From: an uncultured archaeon | GTDB taxonomy: Archaea > Iainarchaeota > Iainarchaeia > Iainarchaeales > 1-14-0-10-31-34 | Length of the DNA: 64,000 bases | Assembly (NCBI GenBank): GCA_964608675.1 | Contig: CAZSOZ010000002.1 | Location: 1 to 64,000, forward strand | Direction of reading: 5' to 3' | Part shown: positions 1 to 9,114 of the stretch, piece by piece | Position numbering within the stretch: position 1 is the first letter of the stretch | How the letters are laid out: every line of letters starts with the position of its first letter | Position numbers and translations under genes: made by a program | Notes under the pieces: model-generated | Seen by the model: the letters and a program-made list of their open reading frames with translations, nothing else | Database searches by the model: none | What the model was told of the DNA's origin: nothing

Positions 1-313
1 AGCCGGCTTCGGGATTGAGTTTTAGTAATGTAGGGCGTTTTCCCCCTTTTTTTGTTTCTTTTTTTTCTTCAGGTTTTTCTGTTTTTTTTCTTGTTTCTTC
101 TGCTTTTTTTTCTTGTTCTGTGTTTTCTTTTTTTTCTGTTTCTTTTTCTGTTTGAATTATTTTGTTTGGTATTTCTTCTTCTAAATGGCTTTCTGTTTTT
201 CCTTCAAACACTTCATCAAATATATCATGATCTTCTTTTACTTTGCTTTTTTTTACTCTTGAATCCTTTATTGTTCTTGGTTCTTCGTCTATTATTTCTT
301 TTTCTTCAGCCAT
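1..313 (-). CDS. Partial CDS (runs off window), Glu/Lys-rich low-complexity N-terminus, unknown function
   Basis: ATG at 313 on minus strand, open frame MAEEKEIIDEEPRTIKDSRVKKSKVKEDHDIFDEVF... to the window edge; not in ORF track. Confidence 0.75.
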   Translation of the reverse strand, partial: MAEEKEIIDEEPRTIKDSRVKKSKVKEDHDIFDEVFEGKTESHLEEEIPNKIIQTEKETEKKENTEQEKKAEETRKKTEKPEEKKETKKGGKRPTLLKLNPEAG

Positions 314-416
314 TTTTTATTCCTCTAAAACATATAAATTCAAAGTTATATTAAAATATCGCTTTTTTTTATTTTAATCAGTTAATGTTTTAAATTCCTG
401 AAGCATTTATTTTTGC

Positions 417-971
417 ATGGGCATAAGAAACCGTGCTAGAAGACTGAGAGATAAAGCAGGCAGATTCAAATCCAAAGCAGGGCAATACAAAATCAAAGCC
501 AAAAAAAAGCTTAAAGGATTAATTCCTTCAAGGCATATGGCTAAATGGAAATTGATTGCTGAAGGCTCTCTTGCAGTAATAATTATTGTAGGCTTGTTTG
601 AAATAGCCCATTATTTTTTTCATGTGCATTTTGAAGAAGAATTTTTAATTGCTTTAGAGGCAGTTGATTATTTTGCAGTATTTATTTTGGGAGTAGATTT
701 GTTTCATCATTATCTTGTTGCCCCCAGAAAAGAAAAATTCCTGCAAAACAAATTCATTTACATTCTTTCTTTTATTCCTTATTTAATTTTTCATAAAGCT
801 TTAGCTTTTCTTGCAATCTTAAGGCCTTTAAAGCCCATTTTTACAGGCATAGCAAAAATAATTAAATTGACTTCCCATAAAAAAGAAATAAAAGAAAAAA
901 TTGACGGCATAACAGAAGATGTTTCAGAATTAACTCAAAAAACTAAATCAAAGAAAAAAATAAAAAAATAA
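417..971 (+). CDS. Membrane protein resembling a stand-alone voltage-sensor (S1-S4) domain
   Basis: Hydrophobic helices with 'DYFAVFILGVDL', 'KEKFLQNKFIYILSFIP' and a periodically basic helix 'ILRPLKPIFTGIAKIIK'; no pore motif. Confidence 0.55.
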   Translation: MGIRNRARRLRDKAGRFKSKAGQYKIKAKKKLKGLIPSRHMAKWKLIAEGSLAVIIIVGLFEIAHYFFHVHFEEEFLIALEAVDYFAVFILGVDLFHHYLVAPRKEKFLQNKFIYILSFIPYLIFHKALAFLAILRPLKPIFTGIAKIIKLTSHKKEIKEKIDGITEDVSELTQKTKSKKKIKK

Positions 972-972
972 T

Positions 973-2445
973 TCACTTTTTCAAATATTCTATTGTCAGC
1001 CTTACTCCGAATCCTGTTCCGCCTTTATTGCAGTATTCTGATTCCCTGTCTTCGTTGAATGCAGTTGGAGCAATATCCAAATGAATCCAATCAGCTTCCC
1101 CAACAAATTCTTTTAGGAAAGCTGACGCACTTGAAGTTCCACCATACTTGTTTTTGCTTGTATTCCTTAAATCTGATATTTCTCCTTTCATATCCTCTGA
1201 AAACTCTTTATATAAAGGCAATTGCCATACTCTTTCAAATACTTCGTTTCCTGCTTCAAACATTTCTTTATATAATGAATCCTTGTTTGTCAGAAAACAT
1301 GCAGAGTATCCGCCTGTTATATGCATTGCCATTCCAGTTAAAGTTGCATAATCTATAACCAGTTTTGGCTTGAATTTTTTTATTCCAAAAGCCAGAGTGT
1401 CAGCCAAAACAAGTCTTCCTTCTGCATCAGTGTTTCCAATTTGAACAGTTTTTCTGTTTAATGCCTTAAAAATGTCACCGGGTTTGAATGCTTTGCTTCC
1501 AATTGCATTTTCTGCTAATCCAAGCAATGCCACAATATTTTTTTTTAATTTTAATTCTTTTGCTGTTTTAATTATTCCTAAAACTGTTGCTGCTCCAGCC
1601 ATATCAGATTTCATTGTTTCAATGTAGCCGGTTGGCTTTAAATTTATTCCGCCGGAATCAAAAGTAATTCCTTTTCCTGCCAGCAAAATAGGTTTTTCTT
1701 TTTTGTTTGTTCCAGTGTATTCCATTACAACAATTCTGGATTTTTCTTTTGCTCCCTGCCCTACTGCCAGAATCAAGTTTGCGTTCATTTTTTTTAACTG
1801 CTTTTCTTCAATTACCGTACATTTAATTCCTGTTTGTTTGCATATTTCTCTTGCTTTTTTTGCAAACAAAAAAGGATTTTTGTCTTTTGCGTTTTCGTTA
1901 ACTAAATCTCTTACTAAATTAACGTTTTCTGCAATCACTTTTTTTTCTTTAGCGATTTCTTCAAATTCATTTGATTTTTGTGCTGTCAAAAAAACTTTTT
2001 TTATTTTTGTTTCCTGTTCCTGTTTCTTTTTGGGTTTTGATTTATATTTAGTAAAAGAATAGTCTGCCAGAATTGGAATTTCGCAGCATACTTCAATCCA
2101 TTCTTTTTCTCTGAATCCTGCTTTAAACAAAAAACCTATTTCTTCTATTTTTTTTCCTTTCGCTGTTTTAACTAAATTTCCTGCAGTTTTTCTTAAATCT
2201 TCTTTTTTGATTTCTTTTTCTTCTCCTAAACCAATAAACGAAATTTTTTTTGCTTTAAATCCTTTTGGCAGTGAAAGCAAAGAAGTCTGTCCTTTTTCTG
2301 CTTTAAATTCATCGATTTTTTCTGCGTTTGCCAGCAGTTCAGCTAATTCCCCTTTTTTTTCTTTTTTTATTTGTTCTTTGCTTAAGCAAACAAATAATGC
2401 TCCACATTCAATTTTCTTTAAGTTTTCTTCAAATAAAAACTGCAT
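973..2445 (-). CDS. pepA: Leucyl aminopeptidase (M17 family)
   Basis: GKGITFDSGG, MKSDMAGAA, NTDAEGRLVLAD, WIHLDIA motifs. Confidence 0.95.
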   Translation of the reverse strand: MQFLFEENLKKIECGALFVCLSKEQIKKEKKGELAELLANAEKIDEFKAEKGQTSLLSLPKGFKAKKISFIGLGEEKEIKKEDLRKTAGNLVKTAKGKKIEEIGFLFKAGFREKEWIEVCCEIPILADYSFTKYKSKPKKKQEQETKIKKVFLTAQKSNEFEEIAKEKKVIAENVNLVRDLVNENAKDKNPFLFAKKAREICKQTGIKCTVIEEKQLKKMNANLILAVGQGAKEKSRIVVMEYTGTNKKEKPILLAGKGITFDSGGINLKPTGYIETMKSDMAGAATVLGIIKTAKELKLKKNIVALLGLAENAIGSKAFKPGDIFKALNRKTVQIGNTDAEGRLVLADTLAFGIKKFKPKLVIDYATLTGMAMHITGGYSACFLTNKDSLYKEMFEAGNEVFERVWQLPLYKEFSEDMKGEISDLRNTSKNKYGGTSSASAFLKEFVGEADWIHLDIAPTAFNEDRESEYCNKGGTGFGVRLTIEYLKK

Positions 2446-2527
2446 TTTAATACACCACCTAATTTAAAGCAATTATAATTATAGGTTATTTTCCTTTAAA
2501 TCTCTTTTGTTTATTAAATTTTTTTGT

Positions 2528-2628
2528 GGGCTCGTAGATCAGCTGGTAGATCGCCGTCTTCGCAAAAAATTTTTTTTTGTTTTTTTTGAATCAGGCGGAG
2601 GCCGCGGGTTCGAATCCCGCCGAGTCCA
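2528..2628 (+). tRNA. tRNA-Ala(CGC) with 28-nt canonical 37/38 intron (2565-2592)
   Basis: Acceptor GGGCTCG/CGAGTCC-A (G3:U70), anticodon stem CCGTC/GGCGG, GGTTCGAATCC T-arm; BHB with TTCG pairing TGAA and bulges CAA and TCA. Confidence 0.92.
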
Positions 2629-2630
2629 TT

Positions 2631-2674
2631 CGCGCCTGTTTGCGCGAGCAGAGCACATTATCTAAAAACAGGCC
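2631..2674 (+). repeat. Degenerate copy of tRNA-downstream GC-rich palindromic repeat (family A)
   Basis: CCTGTTTGCGCGAGCAGAGCACATTATCT aligns with CCTGCTCGCGCGAATAGAGCGTGCTATCT found after tRNA-Glu. Confidence 0.6.
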
Positions 2675-2764
2675 ATCATAAACTAAACTCTTTTTTTTTT
2701 ATGTTTTTTTTGTAAGTGATTTGTTTGCAAACTATTTTAATTGTGTTTCTTTTTTATTTTATTT

Positions 2765-3412
2765 ATGAAAGTGAAAGTTTTCCCTTCTCTTTTGGCAGCA
2801 GATTTTTCTAAAATAGAAAAAGAAATAAAAAAAGCTGAATCTTCAGGAGCAGACGGAATTCATTTGGATGTGATGGACAACAAATATGTTCCAAATAAAA
2901 CTTTTCCTCCTGAAAAAATTAAGGCTTTTTATAAAAAAATTTCTGTTCCAATTGACATTCATTTAATGATAGAAAAACCTGAAGAAAAAATTAATGATTT
3001 TCTTGAATTTAATCCTTCTTTTTTGAGTTTTCATGTTGAAGCCTGTTCTAATCCAAAAGAATTAATTCAAAAAATTAAATCTAATAACTGCAAAGCCGGA
3101 TTAGCAGTTAATGCACAAGTTTCTGTTCATTCAGTTAAAGATTTTTTAAATGAAATTGATTTTGTTTTAATAATGACAGTTAACGCTGGATTCGGAGGAC
3201 AAAAATTTATTGAAAAAAACATTGAAAAAATAAAAAAATTAAATGAAATTCGGAAACAAAAAAATTTGTTTTTTGAAATTGAAGTTGATGGAGGAATTAA
3301 CACAGAAAATGCAGGGAAATTAATTGAATCAGGAGCATCAATTATTATTTCAGGTACTACAGTATTCAAATCTGATTCAATTACTGAAACAATAAAAAAA
3401 TTAAGGAGTTAA
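2765..3412 (+). CDS. rpe: Ribulose-phosphate 3-epimerase
   Basis: PSLLAADF, IHLDVMD, DIHLMI, MTVNAGFGGQKF, IEVDGGI; start reassigned to ATG 2765. Confidence 0.95.
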   Translation: MKVKVFPSLLAADFSKIEKEIKKAESSGADGIHLDVMDNKYVPNKTFPPEKIKAFYKKISVPIDIHLMIEKPEEKINDFLEFNPSFLSFHVEACSNPKELIQKIKSNNCKAGLAVNAQVSVHSVKDFLNEIDFVLIMTVNAGFGGQKFIEKNIEKIKKLNEIRKQKNLFFEIEVDGGINTENAGKLIESGASIIISGTTVFKSDSITETIKKLRS

Positions 3413-5029
3413 AGCGTTTGCATCACAATCTGCTCTGTAAGTTGTGTTCATGATTTGTTTGCATGCAAATTCATCATTTTTATTTGCTGCATAATCATAA
3501 AAACAGTAATCTTGTGTCAAGTAATCAAGTTTTGGAAACCTTTTTGTAGCTGAATTGCATACAGTGAAATCAGTTAATTCTACGGCAATATTAACAAAGC
3601 ATGAAATGTATTGTTCGCTTCCTGTAATTTCCTGACACAAAGTTGAATCTAAATCATTCACTGCAATACTGGAATAACAACTGTTTCTTAAATGAGGATT
3701 CAATAACCTTATTTTATTGCATAACTCGGATTTATTTAAGTCCAAAGCAAGAGCATAATAACAATTATCTCTTGTTTCATTTTTTATTATATAACTGCAG
3801 TAAACTTCTTTTTTAGTGGATTGTGCAGTATTATAATAGCATGTATCTTTTGTATCAAGGTTTTCAATTAATTCACATACTTCCTTGTAAGGATTAACTT
3901 CTGATACAGCTGTAACGCATTCCTGAAATATTTCAGGAGCATTTATGCTTAAACAGTAATCTGAATCCTGTTCTTTTACTGCAATGTCTTTAATGCAGTA
4001 ATCAGTTATGTTTTCGTCAGTTGATTTCTCACAAATTAAAGGATTGCTTAATTCAACTCCTACCTGCCAAAAACATTCGTTTTTGTAGTCTTCACCCAAA
4101 AAGAAAGAACATAAAGCTTCTTCTTTTTTTAATTCAAGAATTGAATTCAGGCATTCATCTCTTTCAAAACCTTCCTGTGTTCTTGAAGTAGAAATATAAC
4201 TGCATACAACATAATCATTTAAATTTAAAGCCAAAGACTTATAACATAAATCTCTGTCTCTTGTAACTGAAATTTTTTTGCATGCTTCAAGGCTGTTTTC
4301 TGCTGAAGCAACAATCGAAGCACAAGCATTTGCTTTTTGAGGGTCATCCACTATCTGACTGCATCCAGTTGAATCCTGCAAAGAAATAGCGATTTCATAA
4401 AAGCATTCATTCCTTAAAGAAACATTCTTAAATTTTATTTCCTTGCAGGAATCATAATTTTTTAAATTTACAGCAATATCCTTAATGCATTTATCGACAT
4501 TCAATTCTTTCATTTCCCTGCATGCTCCAATATCATTGTATTGCAAAGCATATTCATTTAAGCATTGGTCAACTTTTAATTGACTGGCTTCTTCTTTGCA
4601 TGCTTCAACATAAGGTTTTTCTTCTCCGTTTCCAGGATCTAATACAATTGGAATTGCACTAACTTCAGTTGAAAAATTACTTTCTTTGTCAGTTTTAGTT
4701 ACAGAAGTAATCACATAATAATAAGTTATTCCGCTTACAAGACCTTCATCAATATAACTTTCTCCTGTAACAGGAAAAGAATTAATTTTGCCGTAATCTT
4801 TTCCCTGATTTAAGCTCCTGTAAATATTATATCCTTTCAGTGAATCACTTGAAATTCCATCCCAAGATAATTCAACTGACTTAATTTTTGAGGTTGCTTT
4901 AAGGCTTACAGGAGGACTTAAGGCAATATCTTCTTTTCCTCCGTTTCCGCCGTTTTCTTCAGGGAAAATTTCCGGGCAACCGGCAAAAAACAAAACCAAC
5001 GCAGTTAAAAACAAAACTTTAAATTTCAT
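3401..5029 (-). CDS. Surface lipoprotein with fibronectin type III domain and Cys-rich repeats
   Basis: Lipobox FFAGC; FN3 motifs LSW, GYNIYRS, TYYYVITSV; many C-x2-I-x5-7-[RK]D-x-C-[YF] repeats. Confidence 0.8.
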   Translation of the reverse strand: MKFKVLFLTALVLFFAGCPEIFPEENGGNGGKEDIALSPPVSLKATSKIKSVELSWDGISSDSLKGYNIYRSLNQGKDYGKINSFPVTGESYIDEGLVSGITYYYVITSVTKTDKESNFSTEVSAIPIVLDPGNGEEKPYVEACKEEASQLKVDQCLNEYALQYNDIGACREMKELNVDKCIKDIAVNLKNYDSCKEIKFKNVSLRNECFYEIAISLQDSTGCSQIVDDPQKANACASIVASAENSLEACKKISVTRDRDLCYKSLALNLNDYVVCSYISTSRTQEGFERDECLNSILELKKEEALCSFFLGEDYKNECFWQVGVELSNPLICEKSTDENITDYCIKDIAVKEQDSDYCLSINAPEIFQECVTAVSEVNPYKEVCELIENLDTKDTCYYNTAQSTKKEVYCSYIIKNETRDNCYYALALDLNKSELCNKIRLLNPHLRNSCYSSIAVNDLDSTLCQEITGSEQYISCFVNIAVELTDFTVCNSATKRFPKLDYLTQDYCFYDYAANKNDEFACKQIMNTTYRADCDANALTP

Positions 5030-5380
5030 TCATTAATAATACACTATTTTTATTTAAATAGCTTTTGCTTTATTTTTTTCATCAAAAAAAAATCTGAAAA
5101 AAAAACTGATTCTTTTTTGCTTCAAAAAAACCAAAACATTTTTTCTTTTTCAAAAAATCAATCATACTTAAGCTAATTTTATGTAGAGTTTTTAAAATAA
5201 CTATTTAAAGATTTTGCAAAAAAAATTATTCTGGTATTGGGAGTTAAGGAAGCAAGTTATACTGCTATGCAGTTCCCTGGCTTGCCCCTTAACAAATTTT
5301 CTGATTTTTAATGTATTCAATTTGCTTATAAATATTTTTGACACTATTTTTTAGAGTCTAATTCAACAGTTTTTGCTTTA

Positions 5381-5436
5381 GCAAAAAAAACCTTTTTTGA
5401 AGAAAGTTTTTGTTTAACCTTTTTTTTAAAAAGGTT
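5381..5436. repeat. AT-rich hairpin repeat (family B) immediately upstream of tRNA-Ser
   Basis: TTTTTGTTTAACCTTTTTTTTAAAAAGGTT, similar to copies at 25112, 33121, 36415 and in the tRNA-Arg intron. Confidence 0.6.
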
Positions 5437-5439
5437 ATT

Positions 5440-5523
5440 GCAGAGGTGGCGGAGCGGTTTAACGCGCCGGCCTTGAGAGCCGGTGTCCGAAAGGACGCGC
5501 GAGTTCGAATCTCGTCCTCTGCG
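5440..5523 (+). tRNA. tRNA-Ser(TGA)
   Basis: GCAGAGG/CCTCTGC-G acceptor, CCGGC-CT-TGA-GA-GCCGG anticodon arm, long variable arm. Confidence 0.95.
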
Positions 5524-5630
5524 TAGCCGGTTGCGTCCGGCTGTAGCGCGTGCTATCTGCGATAGCACTGTCCGCGCTGTTCTTTGGAAGGGAGCGTGTT
5601 ATCTTCACTTTGTTTGATAGCACTGCAATT
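5524..5630 (+). repeat. tRNA-downstream palindromic repeat (family A), two GTG(C/T)TATC..GATAGCAC hairpins
   Basis: GTGCTATC-TGC-GATAGCAC at 5550-5568 and GTGTTATC-TTCACTTTGTTT-GATAGCAC at 5596-5623. Confidence 0.8.
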
Positions 5631-5642
5631 GGAGATGAAAAA

Positions 5643-6209
5643 ATGAAGAAAAAAATTTTTGTTTTGATGGTTTTGGTTTTGCTTTTGTATGGCTGTACTA
5701 ATTCAACCGGAAAAATAAGTCAAGCAAACGAAATCCAAAATAATTCTGAAAACATTTCAGGAGAACAAAATAATGGAGGAGTTAATTTGAGTGAAACAGT
5801 TGAAAAAGGAGATTTAATTAAAGTTGAATACATTGGAAAGTTTCCTGAGTCAGGGGAAGTTTTTGATAAAAGTGAAGGCCGGGGTCCATTAGAATTCACT
5901 GTTGGAGCAGGGCAAATGATTAAAGGATTTGATAAAGGAGTTTTAGGAATGAAATTAAACGAAGAAAAAACTGTTACAATTCCTCCGGAAGAAGCTTATG
6001 GCACTTTAGATTCAGGCCAAAAATTTGAAGTTCCTTTATCTCAGTTAGGAGAAAATGCACAAGTGGGTTCTCCTGTTGTTGCTTCCAACGGAATGCAGGG
6101 AAAAATAATTGAATTAAAAGAAGGCATTGCAGTAGTTGAATTCAAGCATCCAATGGCAGGCAAAACCTTGGAATTCTGGATCAAAGTAATTGAAATAAAC
6201 AAAGCTTAA
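5643..6209 (+). CDS. FKBP-type peptidyl-prolyl isomerase (SlyD-like) with lipoprotein signal
   Basis: LLYGC lipobox; VEYIG, VFDKS, PLEFTVGAGQMIKGFD, PPEEAYG, HPMAGKTLEF; start reassigned to ATG 5643. Confidence 0.9.
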   Translation: MKKKIFVLMVLVLLLYGCTNSTGKISQANEIQNNSENISGEQNNGGVNLSETVEKGDLIKVEYIGKFPESGEVFDKSEGRGPLEFTVGAGQMIKGFDKGVLGMKLNEEKTVTIPPEEAYGTLDSGQKFEVPLSQLGENAQVGSPVVASNGMQGKIIELKEGIAVVEFKHPMAGKTLEFWIKVIEINKA

Positions 6210-6265
6210 GGTTTTTAAACCAGCTTTTTTTTCTTTTTTTAAACTTTTTTTTCATTAGTTTTTGT

Positions 6266-6628
6266 ATGAAAGAAACAATAAGGAAAGTTAAAAAAAACAG
6301 TCTTTTAATCAGGCTTCTTTTGCTTCCTTTGCTTTTGTATTCATTTTTTTTGTCTGGTTTTCCATTTGAAGTAATTTTAATTTTAGGAGTTTTTTTTCTT
6401 TTAATAATTTTATTTAGAAGCCATGCATACAATAAAATTGAATTTCATTTAGGTAAAAAATTTCCTTTTATTCATTCCTGGCATCCCTGGAAAAAAAAAG
6501 CTTTAATCATTTTAGTTTTCATTTTTATTTTTGCAGTAATAAAACAATTACTGTATTTTTCTTTAGATGTGTTTTTTGGCATAAATATTGAAGAAATGCT
6601 TTTAAAAAACCTTAATTCAGTTCAATAA
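6266..6628 (+). CDS. Hypothetical membrane protein
   Basis: Three hydrophobic segments, ATG start. Confidence 0.65.
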   Translation: MKETIRKVKKNSLLIRLLLLPLLLYSFFLSGFPFEVILILGVFFLLIILFRSHAYNKIEFHLGKKFPFIHSWHPWKKKALIILVFIFIFAVIKQLLYFSLDVFFGINIEEMLLKNLNSVQ

Positions 6629-6673
6629 CTATTTTAATTCTTTTTCAAGAATTATAATCTTGAGGGGATAAAA

Positions 6674-7084
6674 ATAAACTTTTATTTTTGGAATTTAATT
6701 AAAGGATTAAAGAATTCCTTTAAAGACAAAGGAGTCAGAGTTCTTTTAATCATAGTTTTTTTGAGCATTCTTTTTGGAGGATTATTTTATCATTTTGCTG
6801 AAGGCTGGACTTTTTTTGATTCAGTTTATTTTTCGGTTATAACTTTAACTACAATTGGATATGGAGACATTTATCCAATAACTTTTGCAGGAAAACTTTT
6901 CACTATGATTTATGTTTTTATTGGAATAGGAATAATTTTTTTATTCATTAACAGGATTGCTTCAAATACAGTTAAAGAGTATCCTGCAATAAAAGTAATT
7001 GAAAGAAAGCCTTCAATTCAAAAAGAAATAAAAGAAGAAGAAAAAAAACAGCAAAAGGAAATTAAAGGAGAAACAAAAAAATGA
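6674..7084 (+). CDS. Two-TM potassium channel pore protein (Ion_trans_2 type)
   Basis: EGWTFFDSVYFSVITLTTIGYGDIYP selectivity filter; frame open upstream of the TTG at 6761, start uncertain (ATA 6668/6674 after GAGGGG). Confidence 0.88.
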   Translation: MNFYFWNLIKGLKNSFKDKGVRVLLIIVFLSILFGGLFYHFAEGWTFFDSVYFSVITLTTIGYGDIYPITFAGKLFTMIYVFIGIGIIFLFINRIASNTVKEYPAIKVIERKPSIQKEIKEEEKKQQKEIKGETKK

Positions 7085-7587
7085 AAAAAATAATTATGGT
7101 TGCAGGCTCGCATAAATGTTCAGAAAATTCATTTAAATTAGCTGAAGAAACAGGAAAAGAAATAGCAAAAAAAAACTGTGTTTTAATTTGCGGGGGTTCA
7201 ACCGGAATAATGGAGTCAGCATGCAAAGGAAACTCTGAACAAAAAGGAACTTCAGTTTGTGTTATTCCTTCAGAAAACAAATCTGATGCAAACAAATTTT
7301 GTTCAATTGTAATTCCTTCAGGAATAGGTTTTGCAAGAAATTTTGTTTTAGTTAATTCAGCTGACGCAGTAATTTTAATTGAAGGCCATGCAGGAACATA
7401 CATTGAAGCGCTTGCAGCATATCTTCAAAAAAAACCAGTTATTGCTTTATCAGAAAGCGGAGGAATAGCAGACAAAATCAAAAACACTTTTTTAGATGAA
7501 AATAAAACAATTAAAATTCTTTCAGCTTCTACTCCTAAACAAGCAGTTGAATTAGCTTTAAAAAAAATTGAAGAAAAAACCAAATGA
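7081..7587 (+). CDS. TIGR00725/LOG-like Rossmann-fold nucleotide-binding protein
   Basis: LICGGSTGIMESACKG, GIGFARNFVLVNSADAVILIEG, GTYIE. Confidence 0.85.
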   Translation: MKKIIMVAGSHKCSENSFKLAEETGKEIAKKNCVLICGGSTGIMESACKGNSEQKGTSVCVIPSENKSDANKFCSIVIPSGIGFARNFVLVNSADAVILIEGHAGTYIEALAAYLQKKPVIALSESGGIADKIKNTFLDENKTIKILSASTPKQAVELALKKIEEKTK

Positions 7588-7693
7588 ATTCTTTTTTAAC
7601 CTTTTATTCACGTAATTTTTAAAGCTTATTTTGTTGCAGTTCTATTGACGAAAGCCAAGATAGTACACAGATGTCAACTGGCTGGGCAGTTGT

Positions 7694-7777
7694 GCAGGGG
7701 TGGCTGAGTGGTTTAAAGCGCCAGCTTGGAGAGCTGGTGTCCGAAAGGACGCGCGAGTTCGAATCTCGTCCCCTGCG
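7694..7777 (+). tRNA. tRNA-Ser(GGA)
   Basis: GCAGGGG/CCCCTGC-G acceptor, CCAGC-TT-GGA-GA-GCTGG anticodon arm, long variable arm. Confidence 0.95.
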
Positions 7778-8020
7778 TTCCGAGCTACTGCTCGGAAACC
7801 AGTGTACGGCATAAAGTCGTACTGCTCGCGTGAGTAGAGCATGCTATTTTCATTTCATTTGATAGCACTGCAATAAACTGATTGCATTCGAGTGTGTTAG
7901 AATATATCGCTCCATCTGCAATGGAGCATTAATATTTGATTTTAAAAAAAATTGCACGGCTTCAGCTGTGCGTTAGCCGGTTGCGTTTGATTATAATGCA
8001 TGCTGTCTGCAATAGCACTT
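7778..8020 (+). repeat. Cluster of tRNA-downstream palindromic repeats (family A)
   Basis: 7822-7869 matches the reverse complement of 54185-54232 at 44/48 nt; 7970-8020 is a decayed copy of 5521-5569. Confidence 0.8.
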
Positions 8021-8069
8021 CATTAATATTCTGTTTAGTCAGCATGCATTAAAAATCTGAATTATTTTT

Positions 8070-8654
8070 TTATTTGCTTTTTCTGAAAGGCATAAAAGAT
8101 TTAAAGAAAAAATGCTTTTTTTTGTGATGAATTATTCCTTCTTTTGCTGACCTTACGTCTTCTATTGCATAAAATGCTCTTGGATTGAATTCGTTTATTA
8201 TTTCAATTACTTTTTTTATTTTGCTTCTTTTTGTTACAATAAAAAACATTTTAACGTATCCTTCTTCTTCTGCTTCAATTGAAGTTACTCTGAATTTTTT
8301 TTCTTTTAATTGTTCAAGCATGCCTAAAGCATTTTTTCTTGTTATTACTTGAATTAAAACTGTTCCTAAAGAAAGTTTTTCTTCAATCCATATTCCAATA
8401 AATGTTCCTGCAGAAAAACCTAAAGCATAAGCTAAAGCAAGATAAATATTATCCAAATTTTTCATTATTTGTGCTATTGCTAAAAGCCAGATTAAAACTT
8501 CAATAAAGCCTATTATTGGAGCATAATATTTGAAGCCTCTGGAAATAAAAATTACTCTTATTGTTCCTAAACTTACATCTAAAACTCTTGCAGTAAAAAT
8601 CATTAAGGGAAGAAAAATAAACGCAAACAAATCTGAGTTAATTAATAAATCCAT
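8070..8654 (-). CDS. UPF0316/DUF2179 family membrane protein
   Basis: IFTARVLDVSLGTIRVIFISRG, GFIEVLIWL, YALGFSAGTFIG, FNPRAFYAIEDVR. Confidence 0.88.
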   Translation of the reverse strand: MDLLINSDLFAFIFLPLMIFTARVLDVSLGTIRVIFISRGFKYYAPIIGFIEVLIWLLAIAQIMKNLDNIYLALAYALGFSAGTFIGIWIEEKLSLGTVLIQVITRKNALGMLEQLKEKKFRVTSIEAEEEGYVKMFFIVTKRSKIKKVIEIINEFNPRAFYAIEDVRSAKEGIIHHKKKHFFFKSFMPFRKSK

Positions 8655-8697
8655 ATTTCACTAGTTTATGTACAGTAAGCTCTTTAAATCTTTTTTT

Positions 8698-8934
8698 TTA
8701 AATTAATAAAAAAATTACTGCAAATAAACTGAACATTATTGTTGAAAAAGCCCTGTTATAGTAAGCAATTAAAGCAATGAATAATGGAATTACTGCCAGC
8801 CAGCTTAATTCTTGTTGAATTAAAATCATTCCTGTTATTATTCCTGCAAAAAACCATATGTATGTAAGGCTTACAAACAAGGTTGCTCTGCTTTCAAAAT
8901 ATTCCAGTAATTTTTTTGTTATTTCTACTGCCAT
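8698..8934 (-). CDS. Small hypothetical membrane protein
   Basis: 78 aa hydrophobic ORF with ATG. Confidence 0.6.
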   Translation of the reverse strand: MAVEITKKLLEYFESRATLFVSLTYIWFFAGIITGMILIQQELSWLAVIPLFIALIAYYNRAFSTIMFSLFAVIFLLI

Positions 8935-9025
8935 AACTTATTTTCCTTTAAAAAAAGTTTTTATTGCTTTTGCTGAAAAAAAGACTATTTTTAAAATAAG
9001 AATTAGTCTTTTTTTTTGTATTATT

Positions 9026-9111
9026 GCGGGAGTCCCATAGTCCGGTCAATTGGACACGGTTGAGGGCCGTGTGGCTTAGTGCCTTCGAGAGTTCGAATCT
9101 CTCCTCCCGCA
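9026..9111 (+). tRNA. tRNA-Leu(GAG)
   Basis: GCGGGAG/CTCCCGC-A acceptor, CACGG-TT-GAG-GG-CCGTG anticodon arm, variable arm. Confidence 0.93.
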
Positions 9112-9114
9112 TAA

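Noticed and set aside
52-354. 100-aa Phe/Leu-rich plus-strand ORF
   Set aside because: Antisense shadow of the Glu/Lys-rich minus-strand gene starting at 313
5344-7842. ORFs 5344-5568 and 7642-7842 (likewise 54159-54401)
   Set aside because: Shadows of tRNA genes and their flanking repeats
5524-8020. Repeats considered as a CRISPR array
   Set aside because: Dispersed, variable copies with no regular repeat-spacer period and no cas genes in the window
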